A stretch of 64,000 bases of DNA. Source: Octopus vulgaris. Lineage: Eukaryota. The position numbers and the translations under genes were made by a program. Under the pieces are notes generated by a model. The model worked only from the letters and a program-made list of their open reading frames with translations. It searched no databases and was not told the origin of the DNA. Of the stretch, positions 39,110 through 53,103 are shown in pieces; the first letter of the stretch is position 1, and each line of letters opens with the position of its first letter. The stretch is from NCBI GenBank assembly GCA_951406725.2, contig OX597831.1:35402001-35466000 (forward strand). The letters are read 5' to 3'.

Positions 39110-40994
39110 GACACATGATGGAGTAACGCTGTTTCCATCATCATCACCACCACCACTACCACCACCACCACCACCACCATTGTTACCATATCAACTGTTG
39201 CTGATGTCAGGACTACCATTAGCACCAACAGTACCATCACCATCACCATCACTGTCACCAACACCATCACTGTCACCAACACCATAAACACTGCCACTTC
39301 AAATAATGCCAGGCAGTATCACCACCACCACCACCACCTCCACCGCCGCTGCCACCACCACCAACACCACTGCTACCATCATGCTATCACCATCCTCATC
39401 ACCATCACCACCACCTTTGCTTCGACAGCTGCAACCACCACCACCACCACCACCACCACTGCCCACCACTACCGCCACCACCACCACCACTGCTCACCAC
39501 CGCTGCCCACCACCACCATCACCACCACCACCATCTGCTCTATGAGTCTGTACACTATAGCTGCTGTCATTGCTACACACAACTCCATATCTTCTGGTGT
39601 GTCAATGAGAGATCCTGCTGTGTGGTTGCATAACCTTGCTAGAAATAGAAGCCAAATCTATCTCAATTCACACTCTGCTGTCTTTCAAAAAAAAAATCAA
39701 AACAAAAAAAAAGAAACAAAAAAATCAGAACAAAAAAGACACAATGGACAATGTGAAAAGACAGTATGGTCATGGCTGGAAGACCTTTGATCTTAGATTT
39801 GCTTGATCAAAAATGACTTAGGGGTGTACAACAGCAACAACAACAACAAAAACAACAACAACAACAACAACAACAAAAACGACAATAGGCAACAGAAAGC
39901 CATGAGAACCAATAATTAATGTTATTAATTGATTATTAAGATCAAAGGTTACTAGAAATAGCAGCCTGGTTTCATTTGAATCACAATCTGTTGTAGCCCT
40001 TCATATACTACTTTTTGTTTCTTTATTTGTTTCTGTCATTAGACTGTGGCCATGCTGGAGCACTACCTAGAAGAATTTTTGGTCGAATGAATCAACCCCA
40101 GTGATTATTTTTTTGTTTTTTTAAACCTAATTCTTATTCTATCGGTCTCTATTACTGAACCATTGACTTACAGGGACGTAAACACACCAACACTGGTTGT
40201 CAAGTGGTGGTGGAGGACAAACACAGACTCAAAGACACAAACACACACACACGCACATGCACATACACATGCACACGTTCACACAAACACACATACACAC
40301 ATGCACGCGCTTGCACATGATGTGGTTCTTCCAGTTTTTGTCTACCAGATCAACTCACAAAGCTTTGGTCTGCCTGTGGCTATATTGGAAGAAACTTGTC
40401 CAAGGTGCCACGCAATGGGACTGAACCTGGAACCATATGGTTGGTAAGCAAACTTCTTACCACACAGCCATGCTTTTTGTCCTGTTTGGGCAGTCCTTTG
40501 ATCAATGATGTTCCAGCCATCTCATTCAACAACAGAGGACCAATAGAGGTGCTTGTACATGGTTACATGATCTGCTAAAAATAATAGCTGATAGCTGGAC
40601 CATACTCAGATCAAAAGCAACACATTAGCTAATGGTGTTCTACATACACAATCACTGGAAAAATAATATCCAGTGCTCTAAGAACCCCACTTATTCACCT
40701 CCTTAACTGGTCCTTTATTTCATTGATCCCTTAAAGAATGAAATTCAATGTTGACCTCAGTGGATATTGAAACTGCGAATGAAGAGCCAGAATGTATACC
40801 ACAAAGCATTTTACTTGATACTTTAAGAATTCCTGCCAGTTCCCTGCCTGGGACTGTCCCTTTATTTTGGTGACCCCTCCCTCACCTGAAAGGAGACTGA
40901 AATAAAAAGTTTACCTTTGTGGGAGTTGAACGCAGAATGTAGTGAGCCCGGGCAAATACCGCAAATACCGCAACACCAGCTACGGCTGTGCTGG

Positions 40995-41091
40995 TATGAC
41001 AATAACAGCAACGATGACAACAACAACAACAACAAAAATGACAATGACAACAACAACAACGACAACAACAAGAACGACCACAACAACAACT

Positions 41092-41127
<36 letters not shown>

Positions 41128-42020
41128 ACAGCAACGGCAACGACAACAACAACAACAATGACATCAACGAGAGAAATGACAACAACAATAACAACTACAA
41201 TGGCAACAGCAACAATAACAACAACAACGACAACAACCAAGGCAACAACAATGACAATAACAACGACAACAACAGTAAGAAGAAGGACAGTCAAGAAAGT
41301 TTCCCGTTTTCTGACATTAATTGCAGTTGTTTGGCAAAGTGCTCATACTTGTCATTTCTGCTCATCTCTCCACGGTTGTTCTCCATGCAAGGCCCCACCC
41401 CCTCGACTCACCTCCCCACTGCACTCTGTTTATGATGACAGCGAAACAGAAGACAAGGAGTTGTGGGAATGTTGTTTACTGGGTTTTTTTTTTATTACTG
41501 TGTGGTTGTTTGTCATTTCTTTATCGGTTTTACATAAATTCCCCCAAACCCCACCTTCACTGCCCCCCTGCTTCCTTTTTATTATTATTTTTTTTTTCCA
41601 TGCTTGTGTGAGCATCTCCACACAACTCGATTCTGCTACTGCCACTGCAACAACTAACCATAATCATCATCATCGTTGTCGTCGTCATCATCTTCATCAT
41701 CATCATCATCATCATCATCATAATCATCACCATCATCATCCTAATCATCATCATCATCCTACACATCATCATCATCATCATCACCATTGTCATTGTCATC
41801 ATCATCATCTTCACCATCATCTGCGTCCTCATAATTACCGTTGCCATGATTGTTGCTATCCTCCTTCTCTTTCGTATCATCACCATCATCATCATCATCA
41901 TCATCTTGACCATCATCAGCAGCATCATCATTGCCATCATCTTCACCATCATCAGCATCATCATAATCACTATTATCACAATTATTGCTATCCTCCTCAT
42001 TCTTATCATCATCATCATCA
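40995..42020. repeat. Degenerate (AAC)n and (CAT)n tracts around a short unique island
   Basis: Seen directly. Confidence 0.9.
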
Positions 42021-43130
42021 ATCTATACATATATAATTATATATGTACACACACATGCACATAGGCATAGATGCACACATGCGAGCACATATGTATGCAC
42101 ACACACACACACACACACATGCACACACACACACACATACATATACACATGGTAGAAGACTGTTGCCTACGACCAATTTTCACTGAGAGGGCTTTGGTTG
42201 ACCTGAAGCTATGAAGCAAGAGACTTGCCTAAGGTGCCAGACAGTGGCACCAATCCAAGAACCACATGAATGCAAAGCGAAATTCTCAACCAAAAAGTCA
42301 TGCCTGAACCTTCACACCTACATGGTCTGATCAATAAATATCCGGACTGTTGCCATAGTAACGAAGCTAAAGCATGGAGAATGAAGCCGTTTGGCTCAGA
42401 TTGACCTCGAACTCTGCTGTGCATGTTTAGTAAGTTTTAACATCCTAGTTCACTTCTGCTGTTTACAGCAGTGTTTGGAAGAAAGGTTAGAGCAGTGCTT
42501 GGAAGGAAGGTGTGTAGTATGTGATCATCACATCGAAGGATGATCACATTGTGTTTGTTAAAGCTTCAATACCAGCCAGAATTGACACCTTTCTCTTTTC
42601 CTTCAAAGAGTCACTTACCAAATTTATTTTCTCTTTGTTCTTTTTATAATTTATGTTTAGTTTTTTTTCTTGGGTAGCTGTTCCATTTTGTAACTGAATA
42701 TGTGTGTCTATATGCATATATATAATAGACCTTTATATAAATAAATAACGTGAAATACACGAAGAGACGAATACATTTATGTATATAAATATGCATATAG
42801 ATGTATGTGTATGTGTTGTTATAATGTCTATAAGTATGCATATATGTGGCTATATATATTCATTTATATGTATACACACTGTCACACACACACATCTATA
42901 TCTGTATGTGTGTATATGTTAACATATATGTTTAAAGATGCATATATATGTGAGTGTCTCTGTGTTTATGTTGGTATATGTGTATGCATATACATATGTG
43001 TGTGTATTTGTGTTGTGTGTATATATATATATACATACATTTATATGTATGCATGCATATATCTGTATACGTTGATATATATGTATAAGTATGCATATTT
43101 AAATGTGTATAAGTGTGTGTGTGTGTAAGT

Positions 43131-43188
<58 letters not shown>

Positions 43189-44594
43189 AAATGAAAGAAA
43201 ATGAAGAAAACAATGTAAATTTGCTGTTTCCATACAGGAACCATTGTTATTCTTCAGTTATCATGTAAGATCTGAATGCCACAGACCGGAAGATATTATC
43301 ACCAAAACTCAAACTTCTGAGCTGGTTTCAATCCCTGCTCCATGCTGGTTCACTTCTAATATATCCCTAATATCATTGTTACTCTACTCTTTTACTCTTT
43401 TACTTGTTTCAGTCATTTGACTCCGGCCATGTTGGAGCACAGCCTTTAGTCGAGCAAATCGACCCTGGGACTTATTCTTTGTAAGCGCAGTAATAATTAT
43501 ATTATATTTGTCTTTTGCCGAACCGCTAAGTGACGGGGACGTAAACACACCAGCATCGGTTGTCAAGCAATGCTAGGGGGACAAACACAAACACACAAAC
43601 ATATACACACACACTTATATATATATACATATATACGACAGGCTTCTTTCAGTTTCCGTCTACCGAATCCACTCACAAGGCATTGGTCGGCCCGGGGCTA
43701 TAGCAGAAGACACTTGCCTAAGATGCCACGCAGTGGGACTGAACCCAGAACCATGTGGTTGGTTAGCAAGCTACTTACCACACAGCCACTCCTGCACCTA
43801 TAGCCACTCCTGCGCCTATGTTCTTGATATTGTTTAATAAACATAACATTTATTTCAGACTACTCACAACACTCAATGGTTTTAATATTGATCTTAAAAC
43901 AATGTTATTGATGTAGTTAGTATAATCTAGTATTAGCCCTTTTGTTACCATATTTTCATTGAAATACTCTGCTTTTATTTCAATTAATTTTGAAAATAAT
44001 GAAGAATTTAGTAAAATTTATTAGCATTTATTAAGCTCATGTTTGGAATACAAATTCGCATGAAATTTTAAAGCAAGGTTTAATGTCGATCATGTTAAAA
44101 CAGGAAGTTTTTATTAAAGAACCGAGGATGGTCTCAGGCGGTTTGGTATTAAAAGGTTTAAGTAATCTTAATATTGTTATGATTAATATTATATAGTTAG
44201 TACCTAAGATTAATAAATATGTATTAGAATGTAATAATTAAATATTGGGGCCTGTTTTTTTTTTGTAATTGAATTAGATGTATCTCTGGATATCTACATT
44301 AAATGATTCTTTGGTAATTAAATGTAATATATAAAGATGTGTGTAACTGTCAGGACTGATTGAGTAAAATTATGATCAAAGGCATTCCAGCCATGCCCTT
44401 CTCATCTTTATTTTTATTTTTAGGAATAATGTAGGTTGCAGTACATTATCTGATAAGTTCTTCGCTTACCAGCTATATGGTTTTGGGTTCAAATCTCAAT
44501 TAAAATGACAATGATGATGATGATGATGATAATGATGATGATGATGATGATAGTGAGTGATCTGAGGGAAATTTTGAATTGTCACTATTTCTAC

Positions 44595-44771
44595 TGTTCT
44601 ACATTTTTGAGCTGAGGAATTCTGTATGTTATTTACATTATTTACATTTGACGGATATGTGTCCTCATCTTGTTTGTTGTTACCACAATGTTTCAGCTGA
44701 TTTACTCTCCAGCCTTCAGCAGGTATACTGGTGGAATTTTGAACCTAATAATAATGATGATGATGATGATG

Positions 44772-44829
<58 letters not shown>

Positions 44830-44995
44830 CAATAATAATATTAATAATAATTAATAATAATTAATAATAATATTAATAATAATTAAAAATAATAATAATA
44901 ATAATAATAAATAATAATAATAATAATAATAATAAATAATGATAATAATAATTAATAATAATAATAATAAATAATAATAATTAATAATAATAATA

Positions 44996-45086
<91 letters not shown>

Positions 45087-45172
45087 CATCATCATCATCA
45101 TCATCGGAACGTTGTGGTAACAACAAACAAGATGAGGACACATATCTGTCCAGCGTGAACAATGTAAATAAT
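44595..45172. mobile_element. Family C inverted pair separated by (TAA)n
   Basis: The minus-strand tail at 44683-44727 reads CTGCTGA-a-ggctg...cagct-GAAA-cattgtgg. An inverted partial tail lies at 45105-45172. Confidence 0.65.
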
Positions 45173-45744
45173 CACTATTTCTAATAGAGAACTGTCCTGA
45201 ATATTTTGCAACACAGTCAACCAGCACTGGATTAACTATAAACCAAAATAAGCATGTGCTTCGGGCATCAAGGGATGTGGGGGGTACCATGAAAATTGTA
45301 AATAGTTTACAGTACAAAAGAAATCACTTTAAACTTGCTCATATAATATTCAAAGTGGTTTATATGATCGGAAGTGCAATTCTGAAGTATTCGTGACATC
45401 AAAGTGAGGATCTGCTCAAAGACTTGACAATTAAAAAAAAAACTAGGAGAAAACTTTCCAAATACAAATAAAGTGGAAGTATACACCAAAAGAAGTATTA
45501 GTTTTCATCTTATTACTAGTTTTACTCTTTACTCTTTTACTTGTTTCAGTCATGTGAATGTAGCCATGCTGGAGCACTGCCTTTAGTCGAGCAAATCGAC
45601 CCCAGGACTTATTCTTTGTAAGCCTAGTACTTATTCTATCGGTCTCTTTTGCCGAACTGCTAAGTTACGGGGATGTAAAAACACCAGCATCGGTTGTCAA
45701 GTGATGTTGGGGAGTTGGGGGGACAAACACAGACACAAACATAT

Positions 45745-45791
<47 letters not shown>

Positions 45792-45911
45792 TACGAAGGG
45801 CTTCTTTCAGTTTCTGTCTACAAAATCCACTCACAAGGCTTTGGTCGGCCACTCCTATGATTTATTATTATTTATATTTTGAATTACATATATCTATCTA
45901 TCTATCTATCT

Positions 45912-45955
<44 letters not shown>

Positions 45956-46160
45956 GGCACCAAGCTTAGGACCTCTGTAGGTCTTAATCCAACCCTGCAG
46001 TCAACCCTGCTAATGACACCCACAGAGCAGATGGTGGTGTTAAACTGAGAAACAAATTAAATCTATCTTCCAAGATGTTTGCTTGCATCCTAATTAATAA
46101 GCTACAAATTCTCTCATACTCTTGGATTTTTTTTTTATGCTGTTGTTTTTTCTTTGATAG

Positions 46161-46256
46161 GACCACTTAGGTCCTGGAATGCAAATGTCGTGCGAAGTGG
46201 AATTTGTTCCAACGGAATGGAGATATTACTATGATTGCATCAGAATTCACTGTCCG
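46161..46256 (+). CDS. CFAP221: Internal coding exon of CFAP221
   Basis: Acceptor tttctttgatag and donor GTAAGT, 96 nt, phase 0/0. Encodes [32 protein letters not shown], containing the CFAP221 signature '[12 protein letters not shown]'. Joins in frame to the previous exon. Confidence 0.92.
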
Positions 46257-46299
46257 GTAAGTCCATGACCTTTTTCATTTTCCTTCATTCTTTTTTGTT

Positions 46300-46632
46300 T
46301 TTCTTTGAAATTTTGTCATTCGTGTTTAACACTCTATGGAAGAGAATTCTTCCCAAGCATAAGTTTGGGCAAGGTTGTTTATGGGAGACCAGCAGATGCC
46401 CATGCATACTGGCCTCCCCTCTCCACGCTACCAGTGTTATCCAAGGGAAAGGAACCGGCCGATACAGCTTGGCACCTGTGACATCGCAACTCATTTCTAC
46501 AGCTGAGTGAACTGGAGCAGCGTGAAATAAAGTGTCTTGCTCAAGAACACAACACTCAGCCCAGCCCAGGATTCGAACTCACTACCTCACGATTGTAAGC
46601 TCGGCACTCTAACCACTGAGCCATGCGCCTTC
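46300..46632 (-). mobile_element. tRNA-derived SINE family S3 (representative copy)
   Basis: The minus strand reads ggcgcatggctcagtggttagag...gagttcgaatcc...ttcttgagcaagacactttatttcacgctgctccagttcactcagctgt. Relatives at 4590-4840, 34035-34305 and 56098-56410. Confidence 0.8.
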
Positions 46633-46915
46633 ACATATATGTATATATGCATGTGTATATGTGTGTGCATGTACATCTTATCATCATCATGATTATCATC
46701 ATCATAATCATCATCATCATTTAACGTCTGTTGTCCATGCTGGCATGGTCTGGTTGGTTTCACCTGGCTGGCATGCTGGAAGGCTGCACCAGACTCCAGT
46801 CTGATTTAGCATGGTTTTCTATGGCTGGATGCTCTTCCTAACACCAACCACTCTGAGAGTGTAATGGGTGCTTTTACATGCCACCGGCATGGGTACCATT
46901 TGCGTGACACTGGGC

Positions 46916-47010
46916 TGCAAAAACATCACAAAAACTGTTACTCAGAGTTTCACATTCCTGTTTATCAGGAACACGAAACTCTGAGTAACTGTTTTTGTGA
47001 TGTTTTTGCA
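46916..47010. repeat. Second fold-back copy of hammerhead family B
   Basis: Inverted repeat. The minus strand reads CTGATAA-aca(ggaa)tgt-GAAA-ctctgag-TA-acagttttt. Confidence 0.7.
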
Positions 47011-47495
47011 ACTTTATTAATCAAAATACACACATATATATATGTATGCATGTATGTACATATGTGTGTGTGTGTGCCTTTGCCTCTGTGCCTGTCCATC
47101 ACCATTGACTGACAACCGGTGTTGGTCTGTCTATGTCCCTGTGACTTGTCAGTTCAGTAAAAGACACTGATAAAGTAACTACCAGGCTTAAAAAGAAAAC
47201 AAGTACTGGGGATGATCCAATTGACTTAAAAATTCTTCTAGGAGGTGCTCCAGCATGGCCACTGGCTACTGACTGAAACAGGTAAAAAATAGAAGATAAA
47301 ATATACAAATTTATACAGACACAGGCGTGGCAGTGTGATAAGAAACTTGCTTCCTAACCACATGGTTCCAGGTTCAGTCCCACTGTGTGGCACCTTGGAC
47401 AAGTGTCTTCTACTATAGCCACGGGCCAACCAAAGCCTTGTGAGTGGATTTTGTAGACAGAAACTGAAAGAAGCCCATCCTATATATATATATAT

Positions 47496-47532
<37 letters not shown>

Positions 47533-47828
47533 TTATGTATATATATATATATATTTGTGTGTCTGTGTTCCCTTACCATCACTTGACAACCAATGCTGGT
47601 GTGTTTACAGCTCCATTACTTAGTGGTTCAGCAAAAGAGACTAATAGAATAAGTACTAAGCTTACAAAGAATAAGTCCTGGAGTTGATTTATTCGACTGA
47701 AGGCAGTGCTCCGGCATGGCTGAAGTCAAATGACTGAAACAAGTAAAAAAAAAAAAAAGCATAAGAAAATACTTTTACTGTATTTTACTGTATAAAGACA
47801 ATTTTCAGAAGCACCAAGAGAATGATAC

Positions 47829-48170
47829 TTACCTCTGCCTTAGTGAAGGCAGAGGTATTGTTTTCAGTTGTATTTGTTTGTTTGTTTGTTTGTCTATGGA
47901 CAAGATATCTCAAGAACCACTGGATGGATTTGAATAAAACAGGTAGAGATGTTTAGCCTCATGACTGGTACAAACTGATTAGATTTTGGGATTGATCCGT
48001 CACCGGACAAAGATTCTGGATTATTTTTCCAGTTTTTTTTTTACTTAATTTATGAAAGCAGTCGGGTTCATTTTAAGTATTCTCATTTGTGAGAACAGAC
48101 GAGTTTATTTCAGATATTCTCATTTTAAAAATCATCTTCGGCTAATCGTTGAGAGAAAGTTGGTGTTGCT
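47829..48170 (+). mobile_element. Helentron-associated (HINE/DINE-1-like) non-autonomous element
   Basis: 5' hairpin tacctctgcctt-agtg-aaggcagaggta, then (TTTG)n and core tatctcaagaacc..tggatttgaat. A second copy at 62868-63625 ends in ggtggagg. Confidence 0.55.
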
Positions 48171-50007
48171 TTGTTTCTCAATGTTTTCATAGGTTTAAGT
48201 GAAGCTAACTAAAATATTATTGTGAACTTCTGTCTCATTATTTAACCCATTTTTACTTGGAAACGCCGACGCAAAACTTTCTTATGTTTGTTTTTAATAA
48301 TAGAAATAAAATCACATCTCAGTGGGCAGGAAATCATAATCGAAATAATTGTGAATTGACTCAGGTCCTGTTTGTATTGTTGTCAAGGTTACAGTGTTAT
48401 TTATATAAATGATACTGTTAACTGGCTTTGTTTTAATTTCATTTGGTCCTTTGGAGGCAGTGTATTTCTCAAATCCTTAGTTTCGTGTTTAGCGAGGAAC
48501 CAGTGTTGTTTGTTTTAATATTTAATATTTTTATATCTTCTGTCCATCATTCGCACTGCACCTCAATCTTAAATCTGAACTCTGGAATCTTCATTCCACC
48601 TTTAAATTTTACATACACCCCCACCATCATATATATTCTTTGTCTTTTCTTCTTTTTTGTTTGCTTCAGTCATTTGACTGTGACCATGCTGGAGCACATC
48701 CTTTAAGTGTTTTAGTTGAAGAAATCGACTTCAGGACTTAAGTTACAGCGACATAAACACACCAGCATCGGTTGTCAAGTGATGTGGTGGTGGAGAACAA
48801 ACACAGACACATGCATGAACACACACACACACACACACACACGCATATGCAACAGGTTTCTTTCAGTTTCCGTCTACCAAATCCACTCACAAAGCTTTGG
48901 TCGGCCTGAGACTATAGTTGAAGATTCTTGCTCAAAGTGCTATGCAGTGGGACTGAACCTGGAACCACGGGGTTGGGAAGTAAGCTTCTTACCACACAGC
49001 CACGCCTGTGCCTATATATACATTAAACAGTTTGCTTCTAAACCATGTGGTTCTAGGTTCAGTCTCACCGAGTGACACCTTGGGCAAGTGTTTTCTATCG
49101 CCACTTTCAGATCAAAGCCTTGTGAGTGTATTTTGGTTGAAAAAAACTGACAGAAGTCTGTCATACTTCTATGTGTATTTGTGCTTGACCTCATCACTGC
49201 TTGATGACCGGTGTTGGTTTGTTTGCATCCCTGTAACTTGACGTTTCAGCAAAACAACCCAATTCGAGTGTGGTGGATTACAGTTCCACCTGACTGGCTA
49301 GCATGCCCGTGGCACATAAAAAGCACCATTTGAGCGTGGTCAATGCCGGTGCTGCTTGACTGGCACATAAAAGGCATCATTTGTGTGTGGTCAATGCTAG
49401 TATCGCCTGACTGGCTCCCTTGCCAGTGGCACATAAAGAGCACCACTACACTCTCAGAGTGGTTGGTATTAGGAAGGGTATCCAGCTGTAGAAACATTGC
49501 CAAATCAGATTGGAAACTGGTGCAGCCTCCTGGCTTGCCTGTCCTCAGTCAAACCGTCCAACCCATGCCAGCATGGAAAGTGGGCGTTAAACGATAACAA
49601 TAATGGTGATAATGAAATAAGTGCCAAGCTTGAAAAGCAGGAAAAAAATAAAAATGGGACTGGGATTGATCTGTTTGAGTAAATCTTTCAGGGTGCTCTA
49701 ATGACTGAAACATGTAAAAGTGAAAAGATATATATATGTGTGCGCGCGTGTGTGTGTGTGCATGCATGTGTTTGTGTGTATGTGTTTGTGAGTGTGTATG
49801 TGTTTGTTTGTGAGTGAATGTGTGTGTATGTATGTTTTTGTTGTGTGTGTGTGTATACACACACATGTATATATGTCATATTAACTATAAGTTGGACCTG
49901 AATTTTTACAGTTAAAATCAAGTATAAATCAGTATAACTTGTACATGTGTATGTATGTATATATCTGTCTGCCTGTCTATCTGTCTATCTATCTATCTAT
50001 CTATCTA

Positions 50008-50052
<45 letters not shown>

Positions 50053-50122
50053 ATGTATGTATGTATGTCTATCTATCAATCACTCAATCAGTCAGTCTGT
50101 GTCTGTCTGTCTGTCTGTCTGT

Positions 50123-50527
50123 AGGCAAGTTTTGTCTAGTGAATGTTTCAAAAAAAGATGGGTGAATGTAGCAAGGATGGCACATATGAATGACGAAGCC
50201 ACCTTGAGCATAATCCTGTGAACCCAGAAAAATTTAAAACAGAGAGTTACTTACTTGCAAATAAATGTGTTAACATGTGACATTATTGACTGAGGTTACC
50301 ATGGTCTTTTCCATAGGCTTTTCTTTCCACGGATAAACCTTATCTGTTACCCCCTTTACACTTTACATCATGACATTTCTGTGATACATGATCCCTATAG
50401 ATCTTTTATTTTTCTATGATTCCTTTTGATCGAAACTTACCCCCACTTTTTTCTCCCCCAAAAGAAAAGCTCTACTTTGTAATTTGTCCCCTCTATGTTC
50501 AGCCCTGTGTGGCTAATAAAGAAACAT
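50123..50527 (+). mobile_element. 3' end of a Tx1/L1-clade LINE in a (TCTG/TCTA)n tract
   Basis: ORF end RQVLSSECFKKRWVNVARMA...*, then a 3'UTR ending cagccctgtgtggctaataaagaaacata, nearly identical to 52055-52178. Confidence 0.7.
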
Positions 50528-50603
50528 ATCTATCAATCTTTCTATCTATCAATCAATCTGTCTATCAATCAATCAATCAATCAATCTATCTATCTATCTG
50601 TCC

Positions 50604-50680
<77 letters not shown>

Positions 50681-51698
50681 TATACACCACATCCTCCTCC
50701 TCCTCCTCATTATCATCATTGCTTAACGTCTGTTTTCCATGCTGGCATGGGTTGGGCAGTTTGACTGGGGACTGGCAGGCCAGGAGGATGCACCAGCCTC
50801 CAGTCTGATCTGGCAGAGTTTCTACAGCTGGATGCCCTTCCTAACGCTAACCACTCCAAGGGTCTAGTGGGTGCTTTTTACATGTCACCAGCACAGGATC
50901 CAATCGGGCGGCACTGACATCGACCGCGTTCAGATGGTGCTTTTTACATGCTACCAGCACAGGAGCCAGTCAGGGCACGGAGGCTGGCATCGACCATGTT
51001 TGGATGGTGCTTGTGTGTGTGCATAGGTATGTAAACATGTGAATATATATATATGGATATACGTATACATAATCATATACCTATATATATGTATGTGTAT
51101 ATATAAATGTATATATATACATACATACATACATACATATATATATATATATATTTAAATGGAAATATATTTCCATATATATTCATATAGTCATTCTCTT
51201 ATTTGTTTGTTTATTTAATTACTTATCTTTATAATTTCCAGTTGGCTGAGTCTCATTGTGTCCACAATCTAGATAGAAACTTAATTGTTCATATCGTTTT
51301 GGCAAAATTCCAGTTGTTTGTTTTCGCGGGCAAATGAACTGCTGTCTGTTAACGAGATATATGTTAATATCAATGTTATGAGCTTTTCCTTCCTTCCTTT
51401 GCTTTTCTTTCTTTTCTTTCTTTCTTTCTTTCTTCCATTCTTTCTTTCCTTCGTTCTTTTTTCCATTCTTTCTTTCCTTCGTTCTCTCTTTTGTTCTTCC
51501 TTCCTTTCTTTCTTTATTCATTTCTTTCTGCCTGTGTTTCTATCATCATAATCTATCTATATATATATATCCATCTACCTATCCATTGACTACTTTGTCT
51601 ATCTATCTATCTGTCTGTCTGTCTGTATGTCCTTATGTCCTTCTGTCCATCTACTACTTTGTCTGTCTGTCTATCTATCTATCTGTCTGTCTGTCTGC

Positions 51699-51729
<31 letters not shown>

Positions 51730-51731
51730 TT

Positions 51732-52178
51732 GATATCCCCTTTAGTGGAGGGGAGGTACGACGATGAGCTCGGGGCGAACCTGGATGTTGACGAGGAATA
51801 CCTGACCCGCCTGTTCAGGACGACTTTCAGGCCAGGGCCCATGGACAACTTCAGAGATCCCTGGCCTGGCAGTGCTACCGAGAAGCACTACCCGTTCAGG
51901 ATAAGCTCTACAGACACGGCTCGAGAAACTCTGGGCCGACCTGCCCGAGATGCGGTCAGAGCAACGAAACCATTCTGCACGCACTTTCTTTAAGAAGTAC
52001 GTTGGTATATTGGTATCCCTTTTGATCTTTTTTTTCTTTTCTTTCCCTTTTACGATCCCTTTTGATCGAAAACCTACCCCACTTTTTTTTCTTTTCTTCT
52101 TTTCTCCCCATAAAGAAAAGCTCTACTTTGTAATCTGTCCCATCAGTGTGCAGCCCTGTGTGGCTAATAAAGAAACAT
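51732..52178 (+). mobile_element. Internally deleted Tx1/L1-clade LINE fragment (zf-RVT plus 3'UTR)
   Basis: GC-rich island encoding (with a frameshift) SLAWQCYREALPVQDKLYRHG....PTCPRCGQSNETILHAL, then the same 3'UTR with AATAAA. Flanked by (TCTA)n. Confidence 0.8.
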
Positions 52179-53062
52179 ATCGATCTATCTCTCTGTCTCT
52201 TTCTCTCCCTTTTTCTCTCTCTCTCTATTGATCCCGCTACTACTTTGTCCTTCAATCTGTGTGTATGTGTATGTCGGTCTGTCTATCCTTCTATCCTTCT
52301 ACTACTTTGTCTGTCTGTCCATCTATCTATCTATCTATCTATCTGTCTGTCTCTTTGTCTGTCTATGTGTCTATCACCCTCTCTCTCTCTATTGATCCCT
52401 TTTCTACTTTGTCTATCTATCTGTGTGTGTGTGTGTGTGTCTATCTATCTATCTTTTTTTTTTGTTATATTTCATGTCATATGTGAAAGGTACCAGGTTT
52501 TGGTGCTTCCGTTAAAATAAACATCTGTTTGTGTTAGTAGAATGTCTGTGGCAAAACAATATAAAATTTTTCAAATCGAGTCGTGTTTCCAAAGCTTGCT
52601 CAGTGATTCGTGATGTGTATTTATTTATTGGCAAAATAAATGTATTCCGATTAAATGTTACAGCGGGGTCATGGAAATTAAATTTTTTTCTCTCACTCAG
52701 TTAAACTTGATTTGTTCAATGCTATTTGCTGTTCAAATCATCGTTGTTGAAACAAAAGTGACGACTGTCTCGGTAAAACTAATTTCTGTATTTCTGTTCT
52801 ACTGTCTGTCTGCTTTATTACCATTTAGTGCAGAAATGAAAAAAAGGTAAACATAAAAAAAAAAAAAAAAGAAAGAAAAAATAATTTAAGCTTCATTGTG
52901 GTTGCTCTCCTCGCTAGAAATAGTAGCTAAATTACACTTGTCTTTAGTGGTTCTTGTCCCTTTTGGCTTCATGCTATTTTGAAAATCAAAGAACTTAGTG
53001 TCATATGCCATATAAGTAGCATAAGAGAGATAGAGATAGAAAGATAGATAGATAGATAGATT

Positions 53063-53103
<41 letters not shown>

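Noticed and set aside
40917-42036. 364-aa Thr/His-rich ORF resembling a mucin or His-rich protein
   Set aside because: Derived from degenerate (AAC)n and (CAT)n repeats inside the CFAP221 intron, with no splice or homology support.
51742-51990. GC-rich island as bacterial contamination or a horizontally acquired gene
   Set aside because: It encodes a zf-RVT motif and is joined to a LINE 3'UTR seen twice in the window.
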